DNA of 59,741 nt, filler included, from Sphacelaria rigidula (taxonomy: Eukaryota), in the NCBI GenBank assembly GCA_964200075.2. It is 4 parts of 4 records of this genome, joined end to end, with 100 filler letters (N's around TTAATTAATTAA, not from the genome) between each part and the next. Parts side by side here need not be neighbours in the genome. Positions count along the whole stretch, not along the records: positions 14,968 to 29,834 come from CAXNAA020002013.1; positions 29,935 to 44,788 come from CAXNAA020002014.1; 2 more parts are not named here. The stretch is one strand, 5' to 3'. Positions 24,477-37,141 of this stretch are shown here, piece by piece. The notes beneath the pieces were generated by a model. That model saw nothing but the letters and a program-made list of their open reading frames with translations. It was not told the DNA's origin and did not search any database. Positions within the stretch are counted from its first letter, which is position 1. The number at the start of each line of letters is the position of its first letter. The translations under genes and the position numbers were made by a program.

Positions 24477-26854
24477 GTCCATGGCACGTGGGCGGGTCCG
24501 TAGGGTGCACATCGGGACACGTTCTAAGCGATGCTTTTTTTCTTCGAATAATCCGTTTTTTTCATGCTCTTCTGAGAACTCATCTCTATCCCTGACAGGG
24601 GCAGGATGACGCCCAGGTGTTTTTTCCAGATTGCAAAACTGGAAGATATAAAGCTTGGTAGGGAAGGCGATGAGATGCATTTCCAGTTGTCTTTCATCTA
24701 TTTCCCGTCCTACTCCCAATCCTTGCTGCCTCAAGACGAGTCCGTAGTCTGATGGGACCAACTCATCGTTCCCATGGTAACTTTCCTTCTGTTTGCTCTC
24801 GTTATGCGACCAGGATTCCTACAGCCCGTTGACTGTCATGAACGCTGTGCTAACTTGGGTTCTTACAATTTTCGCAACGGAAACCGGTAACTATACTGCT
24901 GTCGGGGGTTGCACTCGCTACTTCGCCCAAACTGGCCGGGGACATATATGCCAGTTTGACCGGAGGTAGATCTGAAACAAATGGACTAGGGAAAGTGAGG
25001 ATAAGTTTGTTTATGTTGTTCTCTTTTCTCTCGGAAGGTGCCACTACATCATGGAGAATCGATCTGCTGCAGAGTCGAGAAAGTCCCTTTGGGGGCTGGC
25101 TCAAGAGACAAATGAATCGTACCTCATGGCTGAATCATGGAAATTTTGTTTGGACGTGAGGAGGGCTTTGGTCGTTTACCTTCAAAAGCTTGTCTTTTTG
25201 CTGCTTGGGCTCGTGTGAAATCTAGCGCTTCTGCTTGGCCTTTGACAACATTACGTCATGTGCCTTTCGCATTCAGGGTTACGGTCAATATTTGCGTGCG
25301 CAACGTGTTCGTCGTCACAGTTTATTCGCCTCATGAGTAAGACCCCTTGTCTGTACGGGATATAGAGTACGGCCGCCAATGTTTTACAACCCATTGCAAG
25401 AGATCAGTTCGTTTCCAAGAGTTGAGGCAAGAGCACACAAATCCTCGAAGGTAAATGACAATAGGTGCTCAACGAACACACGTACACGCACGGCTCTGCT
25501 TACCAGAAACGCCGGCGTGCCACCCGAGACGCCGTAGATGAGTACAAATTCGGGAATCATCACCCCGAACAGAGAAGGGAACCATTTTTTTTCATGTAAT
25601 TCAGCGGCTAATGACAGCATCCTCTTCGTTTCTTCGATTTTTGTTTGCTTCGCGCGTCTTGATGTTTTGTAGAGGGAAGTGGATAGATCAATTAGACCTC
25701 AGTGATTATGGTTGATTGATGATTATTAGTCCTGCAGAGTTCATTCGGTGCTCCTATCGTGAACGCCATAGAACAATCAGGGCGGCGACTAGTTTGCCAA
25801 CTACCCGCTGAGAAGCGGTCGGAGACGGCACACTGATGTGCATCACCGTTTTCTCCGCGAGCTCGTTAATGACGGCAATATTCGATTCGAGTACATACGG
25901 TCTCAACCGCAGCGCACAGACGTCATGAACAAGTCATTGCCTGAAGATAGTATTGAGCACCACAACATTCTTATATTGACGATCAAGTAAGTTGAGTGGC
26001 TGTACTTCTTCTGTGGCTACTTTTGTGTCTTCGATCGTTTGTTTGTGCGGGTCTAAGTTCAAGGTTTTCCGAAAAATATGTGTCTGAGGGAGTAACTGTT
26101 TGACTTCTTGCGTGTGAGTCCGTGATTGAGTAGCAGCGCTGGGATAACGAGCAGGTTTGGATCTGCTCTGCATCGTAGGTGCAACTCCGATTAATCCACC
26201 ATGATCCCACTTACGAGCTAAAGCTATGAGGTTATGTTTGATGTGTACCTCTATGACGAAACTAGTCATTCAGCCATGAGATAAATACGTGATGCATGCT
26301 GAGGCGGGGACACGGGTTGTGACTTTTTGATTTACTGAGTAGGTGAGTTTGCGGCGTTTGTGCGCGGCTGAAACCGTTGTGTTTTGGGCGGATCTAGGTT
26401 TTCTCTTCACGATATTGGGAGTGTAGTATTAGCAACGGGTCACCAGCTCGTTGATCCTGAGCGGAACCAGGGATGTTGTGCGGCGAAGTGATTATGCTTC
26501 TGTAGGAACAAGCCGCCCCGCCCTGGTTTGTCTGGTCCGACTGTCACCATAAGGGTGGAGAGAACGTGAGATCGATTCCCGACGCGTTGGGGGGTTTCTT
26601 CGAAGTGTCTGATTTCTATCGTCGAAAGCGTGAGGACGTGGGTAGACAAAACGTAGGTGGCTGAGTATCTCTTGCGAGAGTTGACGCTACGCAGGAGTGC
26701 TGACCCAATCTGCGGGACCAAAATGCAAGGCGTGTGCCGGAGAGAAATGGGACGTTCCCTTGAGACCACGGGCTCGTCTCGAGCAAGGAGAGGGGTCCAA
26801 AGGGCAACTCAGAAAATTAAAAATAATAGCTCTAAGAAATGAAAACCTGCATAA

Positions 26855-27103
26855 GACACTTTATACGATAGCCCCCCCCGAAGAAGTGCATCATTTTGGG
26901 AGGCAAAATCTTCACGTAAATCGAAATTAGAAAGGCCGAGCACAACGAGAAGCTAGGAATACCCACGTTTGGGTTCGTTCTAGCCAATTTCGCCGACATG
27001 AGGCGCTTCATGCAACTTGAACCCAAACATTAGGCGCTGTATGGCCATTTTTTTCATGACATTTTTGGGCAGGTTTGGGGGGGGGGCTATCGTAGAAAGT
27101 GTC
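26855..27103. mobile_element. ~250-bp MITE (TIR GACACTTT(C/A)TACGATAGCCCCCCC)
   Basis: ~24-bp TIRs; second full copy at 32066-32312 and a partial copy at 44719-44788. Confidence 0.8.
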
Positions 27104-29044
27104 ATACGTGCATGCATACATGTATGTTTTTACTGATATGAGACATTGCTGTTGCCTATAAGTAAGCAGTAGTAGAAGAAATCACAACGGTGAACCGTAT
27201 TGTGTAGAATCGTGTAAGGTTATTAGCTTGTTGCTTTGAATCAAGTGCCCATTTTCCATGACACCTCCTTCGAGGGGGGATGTTGGAATGTTGCGATGCC
27301 AGGCAAATCTGTCTGCATCGTCGTTTCCGAATGCCCATTTATAGCAATTAGTAGTACAACTTGTGACCGTACACCTGAATCATATTACAAGTAACCGCTT
27401 AATTTATCATCTATTTCCGGCAACGCGCTATTCGGGATATTGAGGTAGATAATGTGCCGGCATGGTTTGTCACAGGATACTGTAGTTTGCAGTGGATCTA
27501 GTGCGAAAGCTGACCAGCCGAACCAGCCAGCAGCAAGTTGAGTCAAATGATTAAATCTGGTTCGACATGCGGGTCAGTGACGCTGAGTTGTGTCCATGTT
27601 CAAAAGAAATTTCAGCGTGTGTTCGACATCCTCGCTCCCCTGCTGCTGTCACTCCCCTTGAGTTACTGCTGTGAGAAGAGATCATGTTTTCTCTTGTCTC
27701 GGCTTAATACGCGTTCGTGAAGACCATCCGACTTCTGTCTTTTGCTTCAAGACTCAAGTGAGCTCCACTTCTACCGTGCATCCTCCTGTTCTGCGAGTCT
27801 GGCTAGTGAGACAGCAGCCCTGTCTAGTGAGACAACACGCAAAACTAGCCTTCCCCTGTGATAGTTCGGCGACTTGCTGCCAAAATACATGTCTTCGCCA
27901 CAGCAAACATCTGCCACCGGGAAAAGCCAAAAAATCTTCCTGTGGAGCTCGTCATGAACTGAGCTTGGAATTGACATAATTCACCTCAGTTTCATCCTCG
28001 TTTGCAGCTGAAAAACGACTTGAGTCGCCCACACTTGAAGCTATGTCTCATTTATCAGCGGATCCTGAAAAATGGGGTCGATCTCAAAAATGAGATTCAA
28101 GTGGCATGTCTTTTTTGCAGGGATGACGCGAAACAGTAACACAGAGCGAAACCGTATTTCCCCACCAAAACTCTGCAGCAGTGAACCATGAGTTGTGGCG
28201 AAATGCACCGAACGACTGCGGTGTACACGCGTGTCGATGACGGTATCACCAGAGAGAGAAGCAACGACAGAGAGGAAGCCCCTCTCCCGTGTCCTTTGTG
28301 TGCCATCGCTGGGCGATTACCAATCGCTCGAGAGACTGACATCATCGATGTTACCAGTATGTACTCAATTTTCCATGTGCCAGAACATCGAGCTGCGCAA
28401 AGATTTCGTCTCTTCTTGCCTGTTGACCTCACCAATGCGAAGATCGATTTCTCTCTACCTCTCTTTTTGGACAGGACGCGCCTCTGTGCGCTGAAAAACA
28501 AGGCAATGCTCCCGTCACCGCTACTACTGTTCTCTGCCACACACATGCCAGCAAGAACGGTGCGCTGCGGCAAAAATAAAAAGATTATTCAATTTGAACT
28601 TGGGGGGTGTTATTCATCGTTGATTTTACCCGACATGACATATCTGACCATCCAGGCGCCCGACCACAAGAGCCTGCCACAGGCCAGTTGTGGGGGATGT
28701 TTGAGAGATCAAACACTTGTGGAGACCTTCTCGACATGCGGAGTGAATAAAGATACCTATGGTGGTGACCTTACTGTTGCTAGCGTGGTGCAGAGGGGTG
28801 TGCTAGCTGCAATCTGGAGCTTTCGTTGCTCTACTCTACTGACTCCCGTCTGCAGGGCGTCTGCCGAGAGGTCACACACGGTAATAACATGTTATTATGT
28901 ACCCAAATTCGGAACAGCTACTGTATAAATATAAACAGTTCGGTTTTCGAAACTACACCCAGATCATTGAAATGACTCGTGTTACCTGAGGAACTGCGGC
29001 TTCCCCCTCTCCCTGCCAGGTATGAAAGAAGATGTCTCTGACAC

Positions 29045-29660
29045 AGTATGTGCAGTGATAAGGTACTGCGCCAAGCCCAGGCTAATTCATTGGCGTGGTA
29101 CACTTGGTATTTTGGGATACGTGAGGTGATCGGGTTCGCTTGGTATCACTTTTCGTAGGAGCAGTTCGTAGGGGCTGCTTTTTCAGGTGTTTGCTCATGC
29201 TGGTTACGCAAGTAAGGCAGCCGACCGACGGTCGGCATCAGGGAAGCTGGTAGTAATGTATGGAGGTAGCGTGGATGTGTGTCTTGATTTTCGACAACAC
29301 CAAAGTGTGTGGCGGTATCTACCTCAAAGGCCGAATATGCTGCCACTACGGAGGTGGTGAGGGACGTTTTGTTTTTGAGACATGCCCCGAATTTCATGTT
29401 GCCGCAGGTTGGAACACCGCACATACCTGCGTTCGAGGATACTAAAGGAGCTTTCCAGCTTGCACATATGATAACCCCGTCGCGAACTCCAACTCTGAGT
29501 ATATTGACGTGAGGTGTCATTTTATCAGGGAACTTGTGGCAAGGACCGAGATTTCGACTATTCACGTGGCGTCGAGATTTCAGCTGCCGATATCTTGACC
29601 AAGGTGTCGCTTACGTGTTTTGAATGCCATTGTAAATATGCTGTGAGTATCGAGTGACTT
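29045..29660 (+). mobile_element. Ty1/copia retrotransposon remnant (RT C-terminus and RNase H), frameshifted
   Basis: AVIRYCAKPRLIHWRGTLGILGYVR; VFAHAGYASKAADRRSASG; KCVAVSTSKAEYAA..EVVRDVLFLR; FEDTKGAFQLA; YIDVRCHFIRELV; ADILTK. These are canonical copia motifs. Confidence 0.85.
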
Positions 29661-29834
29661 CAACTGAATTATAGCGTGGTAAGTTTTGTTCTGAACTGAA
29701 TAAAGTCAAGTAGGATCAGGAATCGACGTGTGTCCAAGGGCGTCCGGAAAAAAAATTCCTGGACCCTATGTACCCCCCCCCCCTACCCCCCCCCCCAAAA
29801 TTACCAAATTTCATTTTTTTTCTCCCTCAAGCTA

Positions 29835-29934
29835 NNNNNNNNNNNNNNNNNNNNNNNNNNNNNNNNNNNNNNNNNNNNTTAATTAATTAANNNNNNNNNN
29901 NNNNNNNNNNNNNNNNNNNNNNNNNNNNNNNNNN
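29835..29934. other. Artificial contig linker N44-TTAATTAATTAA-N44
   Basis: Same 100-bp linker. Confidence 0.97.
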
Positions 29935-31015
29935 GTGGAGATCGCCGCAGATTTTATTGCACACGAATTATTGTTCAGCGGCCGCTCTCGAAACCTTGGA
30001 GCTAAGCGAATCTGAAAAGTGGGCTAGGCTCCTCTCTGTGCGGTGATGCAAAGTGTCCAAGACGTGTCTATGCGATTTTCCCTGTTTGGGGGTCAAAAAG
30101 TGGCTCCAACGTCCCAAAAGTGAACAATCTGTGGGCCAAAAACCTGTGTGCCATAACATCCGGTCTAAAGCATTGAGATAAGGCCTAAGAGCAATGTTCA
30201 TTTCTCCTCAAAACTCCACTAAAAACACGAAAAAAAAACTTAACAAGCTCTTATTTTTTATTTTTTATTGTGCAATAGCGTTTTAACCACACGATATTTT
30301 ATAGAACAACTCTCAAAGACTGAGACGCGACATCCAGATTTAGGGCATGTAGTGCCTCTCCTCGTAATATATTGGTTTTAGTATAGAAATTATGTGTGCC
30401 ATATCTCGGGATAGATAACGACTTAGGTGAAGGTGAGGGTCTCTATCGTCTCGCCGTGCTCCAGAGAATGTCCATACCAAAGTTTGCTGTCATTCGCTGA
30501 ATGCATCGATCGGGGGTTACACAGAGACTTTAGTATGTACGCCATCTCCGTTAGGTATAGGAATTACTAGACGTTGGGTTTAATCAACGAGAAAATATGG
30601 GCCCAAACGTTTGAGCAGATGAGCACCTTCCCCTTGGTTGGACGATTAATACGATATGCGGATCACGGCCCAACTGTGTCGATGATATATTGCTTTTAGA
30701 GCTTGAATCCGATTTTAGGCTGGCCCAGCTCTTATGGACATGACGTACCGTGTGAGTAGCACGATGGACAGAAAAAAGATAAAGCGGGCAACATAGCCCT
30801 TTTCTTCACGACACGATCGTTTCTCTTGTTCTCAGGAACTGTTTCGTACCGTGTGAATTCTAGTAGCCGTAATGACAGAATTTTCGGACGGCAGCTTCGC
30901 ACTTCTGAATCGATGCTCGTACCTCATTGAATGAGGTACGAGATTCGAAGTTACCTAGTTCGCTTGCAGTAACCGTGAACTTCTTGATCCAACGAGGAAT
31001 CGCTCCCCATCACAG

Positions 31016-31248
31016 GTGTGGGTAAATCAGCGGAAGCGGTATGGGCTATGCTCCACGAAACGCGAGGCCCTAAGCACAGAGGAAGGGCTAGCGTCCCTCA
31101 ATTCCGTCCTGTGCTATTCTGCCGAACAGCGACACTTGTGGAGCGCTGCATTACTCTACTATTGCGCGGTCAAGGGTCAGGAAATGGGATTTGGTCCCTT
31201 ACATACAAACCTCGCGAAGTACTTGCGAAGCCCAGCAAAACGATATTG
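31016..31248 (+). CDS. MATCAP: MATCAP/KIAA0895 (DUF1704) tubulin tyrosine carboxypeptidase-like, internal exon
   Basis: cacag acceptor and TG|GTGAGT donor. RYGL...STEEGLASLNSVL...LWSAALLYY...MGF..L...LAKYL.SPAKRYW matches the family TEEGLASLHSVL...LWRAALLYY block. Confidence 0.85.
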
Positions 31249-31361
31249 GTGAGTAAACGACCGCACACACTGCAAACCGGAGATATGTCAATTGCAAGTA
31301 TATAGGGAATTCTATCGCTGTAGTAGTACCAGACTAAGGGGGAAGTAAACAAGGTCATGCT

Positions 31362-31578
31362 TTAACCCTTGAACAGCAAGAGGTCATCTGTCGCACCCGC
31401 CGCATTAGTTCCACTTGAAAAAGTATGCATGATCCAGATAGACTATAATACCCGCGCGGTCGAAGGGTTGAGCCTTAGACCGCGATGCAGGTAGTCCATC
31501 TGGATCACGCATACTTTTCAAGGGAAATTGATGCCGATTCAGCAGGTAAGGGACCTGCCCTCGCGGTCAAAGGGTTAA
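31362..31578. mobile_element. Two adjacent inverted copies of the piggyBac-like MITE, TTAA-flanked
   Basis: TTAA-CCCTT...AAGGG-TTGA-GCCTT...AAGGG-TTAA; the interiors are reverse complements. Confidence 0.7.
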
Positions 31579-32065
31579 ACTGTGTTGATGAAAGGTGGGG
31601 AAATCATTACTTGCTCATCACAGGCCATTTGTTATGTAGTCTAGCGCCTCACACACACAACGATATCAAGGACTGCAGTCTGTAGTGTAATACCAGATGG
31701 TTTTATTGCCCACCTCTCGCGATATTATTATGCATGGCCAGGAGTGAGGAAGGGACATGGCCATGTTTGGTACTGGCATCTCCTGTGCCCTCGTCCGCCG
31801 TCTGGGTACTCTAGACGTGTACCCTCGAGCCTGGTAGCTGGCAAAGTGCAGCTGGTTATTGGTGACATCTGAACAGTTATTCCTTCATCATTCCCTCGAG
31901 GATCAATGCATACTCGGCAATCAACCCAGTCATGAACTTCGTTTTGACAAGGGGAAAATTGTCGCGGTGTCAAATGAGCTGACCGTTACATTCAAGTCAT
32001 GATATCAAAGTATATACACGTAGAGCACAGAAAATAATTTCGTAACGGATACCTCCCCCCGTTCT

Positions 32066-32312
32066 GACACTTTCTACGATAGCCCCCCCAAAAAAGTGCA
32101 TGGTTTTGGGAGGCAAAATCTTCACGTAAATCGAAACGGGGAAAGCCGAGCACGACGAGAAGCTGGGAATTCCTTCGCATGGGTTTGTTCTAGCCAATAT
32201 CGCCAATATGAGGCGCTTCATGCAGCCCGAACCCGAATATCAGGCGCTGTACGGCCATTTTTTTCTCGACACTTTTAGCTGCTTTGGGGGGGGGGCTACC
32301 GTAGAAAGTGTC
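32066..32312. mobile_element. ~250-bp MITE (copy of 26855-27103)
   Basis: Same TIRs; flanked by TTCT on both sides (possible 4-bp TSD). Confidence 0.8.
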
Positions 32313-32327
32313 TTCTCTCGTTCCACT

Positions 32328-32631
32328 AAAAACAATGTTTTCGTGAGATTGAGAGTAGAGGATACGATTGAGAGTGAAAAGCAGTCAAATAGTGACTGAA
32401 TTGTTTCAGTTACGAAATGCACCTCCGTGAGGCCCGGTATGCTTTATTTAGTAGCTCGCCACGGAGGCCCTTGATATCCCTGAGTAGGATATCGACGTGT
32501 AGCTGTAAGCACACGCTAGTGATAGAGACAGAGAAAAGCACACACGGAATGAAACATTGGCTAAGGTAAAGCGAATGATCAAAGCCACTCTCAATCAGCA
32601 TTCTACTCTCAATCCCACGAAAACGGTGTTT
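32328..32631. mobile_element. ~300-bp MITE with ~45-bp TIRs (GTTTTCGTGAGATTGAGAGTAGA..GATTGAGAGTG)
   Basis: Inverted termini visible; related ends at ~8285/8483 and ~18861. Confidence 0.65.
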
Positions 32632-32954
32632 AAACCCGTGGCATTCTCGTCACGTTGCCACACTACGAATTTGCTTCTCGCTCTAACCGGTACATGGTAC
32701 GCACACACGGTACAGGATATTATTACCTAAAAAGTAGGTGAGTAAAACTTTGTTGAAAAAACGGCTAGACAGCACTCGCAGGTGACTCGGCAATTCATCA
32801 CTTCTACTGCTGTAGCTTCAACCGGTAAATGAATGATATTATAATGGTTCGTATATCTTCAAGAGTGAAATTTCTCCAGGATCGCTGCCCTGACTCGTGA
32901 AATTCAAGCCAGGTAGTTTCACTGTAGTTGAGATGCGTTGTACTTGTAACCCAG

Positions 32955-33096
32955 GTACTGCGTGAGAACAAAGGGAAAATGGGCTGACTTGGATCAACCG
33001 GGAGCGTGCGGGAAGGGACAAGTGTATCTCGAAGGAGCCGTGAAGATTCTTCGATCGCTAGGATCGACTGACTTCCATGCTCTGTACTCTGGCCGT
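32955..33096 (+). CDS. MATCAP: MATCAP/KIAA0895-like, exon (YCVRTKGKWADLDQPGACGKGQVYLEGAVKILRSLGSTDFHALYSGR)
   Basis: acccag acceptor (phase 2, completes TGG) and |GTAAGT donor. Matches the family YCVRAKRG..DTS.PG.F.KDQVYL.G.V.ILR....DF block. Not in the ORF track. Confidence 0.85.
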
Positions 33097-33435
33097 GTAA
33101 GTTACCTCGAGTGACATGTCATTTTGTATGGGAATCATCTTTCATCTTGAGATCGAGCCCTCTGTTTTGATGATATCCAAAGCAGGTCAACTTGAATGTC
33201 GGCAAGGTCGGGTAAAGGACACATCAACCTTGCACGAGCATGCTCAGCGTAGTTTGCTGGGGGCATAAAACATGCCGCAGTCCATATTTGTTACCGTTGT
33301 GCAGCCCAGTGTGAAATTCCAAGTCTACACCAAGCAACGCGATGACCGCCAATGCGTGCTTGCGTCGCTAAAAATCTCATTGGTCTTTATATGGATTTTG
33401 ACGGAGATTTCCCTTGCGTGTAACAATTTCTCCAG

Positions 33436-34149
33436 ATACCTCTGGGCAAGTTAGGGCGCATGAAAAACATCGCAAGGTCTTCACTGGTAACTCTACCGCT
33501 CTTCGTTCAAGACCAGGTGAAGTACAAAGCCCACCTCGAGCAGATCGGTCGTCTAAATGGAATCATGGTCTGTCCAAGTCCTCCTCCGTCTATACCAGGA
33601 TATCGAAAGCGATCGATGCGCAGAGGGAAAACCAGAATAAAAAACGCATCGAAGAGAACTAAAAAGAGAGGCGGAGAAGAATCAACACCATGTGAGCAAC
33701 GGGAGGCAAACCAGCAGCGTTCTCTTACTGGCATCAGAGCTGCAAGCGCCAAGCTGCTATCAGCTATTCCTTCGGACTTTGTTACAGACATGTGGTATGT
33801 GGCGCACGGCAATGGCCCAAAGGCAACAACACTCTCACATCACTCTCACAGCAGGAATGGTTCAGAAGACAGCAACCTTGCCTGCACACGAAGGAATACA
33901 GACTCAGCGACACGTGCAGGGAAGCTGTCGAGACCACATACCTCCCCTAGTGTTTTTACTGGAGTTTCTAGCGATTATTTCCACCGGAGTAGTGGAGACG
34001 TCGACGCTGCGCGGAACACTGGAGGTGGTGAGCTAGTGAGGTGCACGCGTGACTGGCCAGTTGCCAATAAAAGGGGCAGGGGTACGACTGTGGAAACAAT
34101 AAAGCGTCTACCCCCTTTGTCCAACATCGAAAAGACCACTGGGACATGA
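33436..34149 (+). CDS. MATCAP: MATCAP/KIAA0895-like, terminal exon (IPLGKLGRMKNIARSSLVTLPLFVQDQVKYKAHLEQIGRLNGI + basic low-complexity tail)
   Basis: ttctccag acceptor (phase 0) in frame with ORF 33460-34149; P.F.QD...Y...LE.I...N matches the family C-terminus. Confidence 0.8.
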   Translation: MPLGKLGRMKNIARSSLVTLPLFVQDQVKYKAHLEQIGRLNGIMVCPSPPPSIPGYRKRSMRRGKTRIKNASKRTKKRGGEESTPCEQREANQQRSLTGIRAASAKLLSAIPSDFVTDMWYVAHGNGPKATTLSHHSHSRNGSEDSNLACTRRNTDSATRAGKLSRPHTSPSVFTGVSSDYFHRSSGDVDAARNTGGGELVRCTRDWPVANKRGRGTTVETIKRLPPLSNIEKTTGT

Positions 34150-34770
34150 CTACTACTTCACAGACTCGAGCATCTCGTTTGTATCGCCCGCGGCAGAGGT
34201 TTAGGAGATTTGCGACGCCTGCAATCTGCGCAACGCCGCGGGTTGAGAACATATATTGGGTACACATGGTCGCCAACAATCAATAGACCGTCCACTTGCA
34301 GAGGAGAATCAGCTCCGAAGAAACAACATAGACGGGACCGTCCAGCGAAAACCCTCCGGTGGGCTTCTGTTGCTGTCTTTCAGCATATGTCCAAGTTGGG
34401 CAAGGCCATGCCTGAACATCGAACCACGCAATGAGTGGCTCGCTAACTCTGCCAGCACTTCTCGCGTTTTCACACAACGAGATGAACTGTCTTCTGTGCA
34501 TCTTTAATAACAAATTCCAACTTTACGCTGAGGTGAAAACGGTTTATGCGTCGACGACACCGGAAACAAACGGAGCTCCACGACGAAAGAACAGAGTTGC
34601 CAGCCTTTGCTCACTTCAAGAGGGCACCTCGCCTGTAGAAGCCATGTTGCACTACTCGCCCAACCAACTCCACGATCTCAGCGCCGCTGGCCAACCGCAT
34701 CGCGAACCGTGGCATATCCTACTCGCGCCACAAACCCGTGTCGTTTCCAAGCTCTTTAAAACATGCAAAA

Positions 34771-35358
34771 CTATACGTAACCCGCGCCATTCGCCCCCAC
34801 CCCCGCCGTAGCTCCGCCAATCTTGAGTCTTTTCTTCATCGCTTTGCGTTGCCGTGGATTGAGTCGTCGTTCTGTCTTCACGGCACCTCGCCGCGCCAGC
34901 TCGTCCAGTGACCGTGCCACACCCACTCCTCTCCTCTTGTCCGCCTTCATCGCTTGGAACACCTCTTCGTTGTGGCTGGCGCAGTGCACAAACCACACCG
35001 CAAAAAAAGGAGAGTCCGCGTGGCCGGTTCCCTCTGGGTGATCGAACGGGTATCTTGTGTCCGGGACGACGTAAAACGGTTCGCCACCTGGCCCCGCGGC
35101 CGACCCCATGACGCTCAACTTGTAGTAGTCCTTGGTGGCTACATAGTTTGGGATTAGCAGGAACCAGGGTTTGCCGGACGCCCTGCAGTACTCGAGGCAT
35201 CGTTTTTTGTGGTCCCCGCTGTAAGGTGGGTTCGTGACGAGGACATCATGAGGCGGCTGCTGGTTGTTTTGAATCACCTTGTAGAAATCTTTGTTGTGGT
35301 GCTCTACGCGAGGGAAGCCGAGCCTGGCTAGCAGGCGCGGAGTGCGGCCCGCGCAGTA
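34771..35358 (-). CDS. Dam-like amino (N6-adenine-type) methyltransferase, exon 2
   Basis: ctgacaacag acceptor (phase 0). YCAGRTPRLLARLGF...DFYK...HDVLVTNPPYSGDHK...KPWFLLIPNYV contains motif IV NPPY. TAG stop at 34771-34773. Confidence 0.88.
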   Translation of the reverse strand, partial: YCAGRTPRLLARLGFPRVEHHNKDFYKVIQNNQQPPHDVLVTNPPYSGDHKKRCLEYCRASGKPWFLLIPNYVATKDYYKLSVMGSAAGPGGEPFYVVPDTRYPFDHPEGTGHADSPFFAVWFVHCASHNEEVFQAMKADKRRGVGVARSLDELARRGAVKTERRLNPRQRKAMKKRLKIGGATAGVGANGAGYV

Positions 35359-35565
35359 CTGTTGTCAGTGTTGCGGGTGTGAAAGCGACACAAAGTCCGT
35401 ATAGGAGTGAGCACGAGGAAAACAAAGCAAGGCAGCGTTGGAAATCAGTTTCCGCACGGGTTAGAAGGGCAGTTAGTGGCTTGGCAAAGAGATCCAGGCA
35501 GGAGTTTCATCATTGACGCGATGCACAGTGTAACAGGCAGTTTGGCGTGCAGGGTTAATCCAGTA

Positions 35566-36136
35566 CTTCCTCTGTCTCATAAGTCTGCGCAGTTATGAGC
35601 GTTCAATCGTTGCGCATTTAAACTCTTCCGATCATTCCATAGTTGGGTTCGTAGGAAAGATGAAGCGCCAACGAAGCTGATGCAAAAATAATAAATACAT
35701 AAAAAGTTAGTGGTCCATACTAATATGATGTCAAAATATGCCAATTTTGGCCGATTTTGGATGTTTTTACGTCAAACACTAGCGATTACATGCTGAAAGT
35801 ATGTTTGATGTGGCGTGCGTAGGTTAACGTCACGGAGATATCCGAAATCAATGGTTCTTTTGCGATTTTCAATTTTTCTTTCACGTTTTTTTGCGATTTT
35901 TCGTGTTTCCGGATCTCTCATGCTTACTGGGAAAGAGGGCGAAAAATCGCCGTTTTTTGACCGATCTACTTTTTCTCGACCGCGAGACTGCACGCGTTGA
36001 GCACCCACGTTGTAGAATGAGTGTTGTTTAAGGCTCAAAGAACGCCAACGAATGCGATAAAAAAAACGAAAATCAAATCGGACACCGTTAAGGGCTCGTA
36101 TAAACATAACCGACCAGACTTATGAGACAAAGGAGG
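35566..36136. mobile_element. Tc1/mariner (Stowaway-like) MITE in the methyltransferase intron
   Basis: TA|CTTCCTCTGTCTCATAAGTCTG ... CAGACTTATGAGACAAAGGAGG|TA: 22-bp TIRs and TA TSD. Confidence 0.8.
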
Positions 36137-37141
36137 TATAGAGAGATGAACGCAAACCATAGCCCGTACATGTTCTAGTGGTGAACGAAAGTAGAGTTAT
36201 GCAGCCCCTGTTGGAGCGCGCACGTTCCCCTCTTTGCGTTGGGTAGTGTGAGAATGTTTCACGAGTATATTATCTGGTGTCGAATGAAACAAGGAGAACA
36301 CGATTGCATACCATACGGTCCATTTGGTGTTTCAACCTAACCATTTCTTGATACAGTGCATCCCCGGAGGATACGATGCATACTGGTTCGAGTCATCCTA
36401 TGTCACGCCTTCAGCTCTTAATCCTTTTGGCGCCGGAGCCTTCAGGTAGACCCTAGAGGAACACGTCAAAAAAGCGCGAAAAATGGCGAGCTTGCCTATG
36501 TTGAAAACGCCACATCACGCGGGCGAGGGGTTTGGGACTCTGGCTTTCTACGGAACGGGGTATTGCCAGGAGCAAGTAAGTGATGTGGAAGTTCTCTAAA
36601 ACCAAGAGACTCAAAAAAGATACTGCTTGCTATTGAAATACGTCCTCTTCACAATCAAGACGTGAAAGCAGGAATCAATCACATAATCTACACGTACATC
36701 CAATATCAAGATTTGCCCAGCTTGCCTTGCTGGCTGATGGCAGCCGCCAGAGCAACTTCGAGTGCATGAGAAAGCATTGACGGAGAGCACCGCGCTGTGT
36801 CTTGCCTTGTATTCTCCAAATGCGACCCCCAGTGTATTACCATCGACGGCTTGTCGCAAAACACATCGCCCGAGTGAAAGACAGGAGAGCACTGACCTCT
36901 GGCCAGGGCTTGCGCAATAAACACCTCTCATCTTCTCCCTTGGACTGTCGAATGCACCGCGGTGCGCCGGTATTTTTTTGTGGGTAGACCGCTGTGCTTC
37001 TGTATGCAAGCTGCCATTTACATTCTATGCAGCAGATAGTAGAGTATTGTAGTGTTTGTTCTAAACGCCAATCAAATCTGTAGTAACTTGACACCGTATG
37101 CACATATCCACGGGACTGTCAGCCGACACAATGCAACGTTG

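Noticed and set aside
24480-25640. Possible degenerate minus-strand transposon or viral coding region (ORFs 24297-24761, 25384-25620)
   Set aside because: No motif I can identify with confidence.
28855-28890. GVCREVTH as the missing MATCAP HExxxH exon
   Set aside because: Lacks the first His and the correct spacing, and lies on a different contig.
28188-28928. 246-aa ORF
   Set aside because: No recognisable motif, overlapping ORFs on both strands, and no consistent splice partners found.
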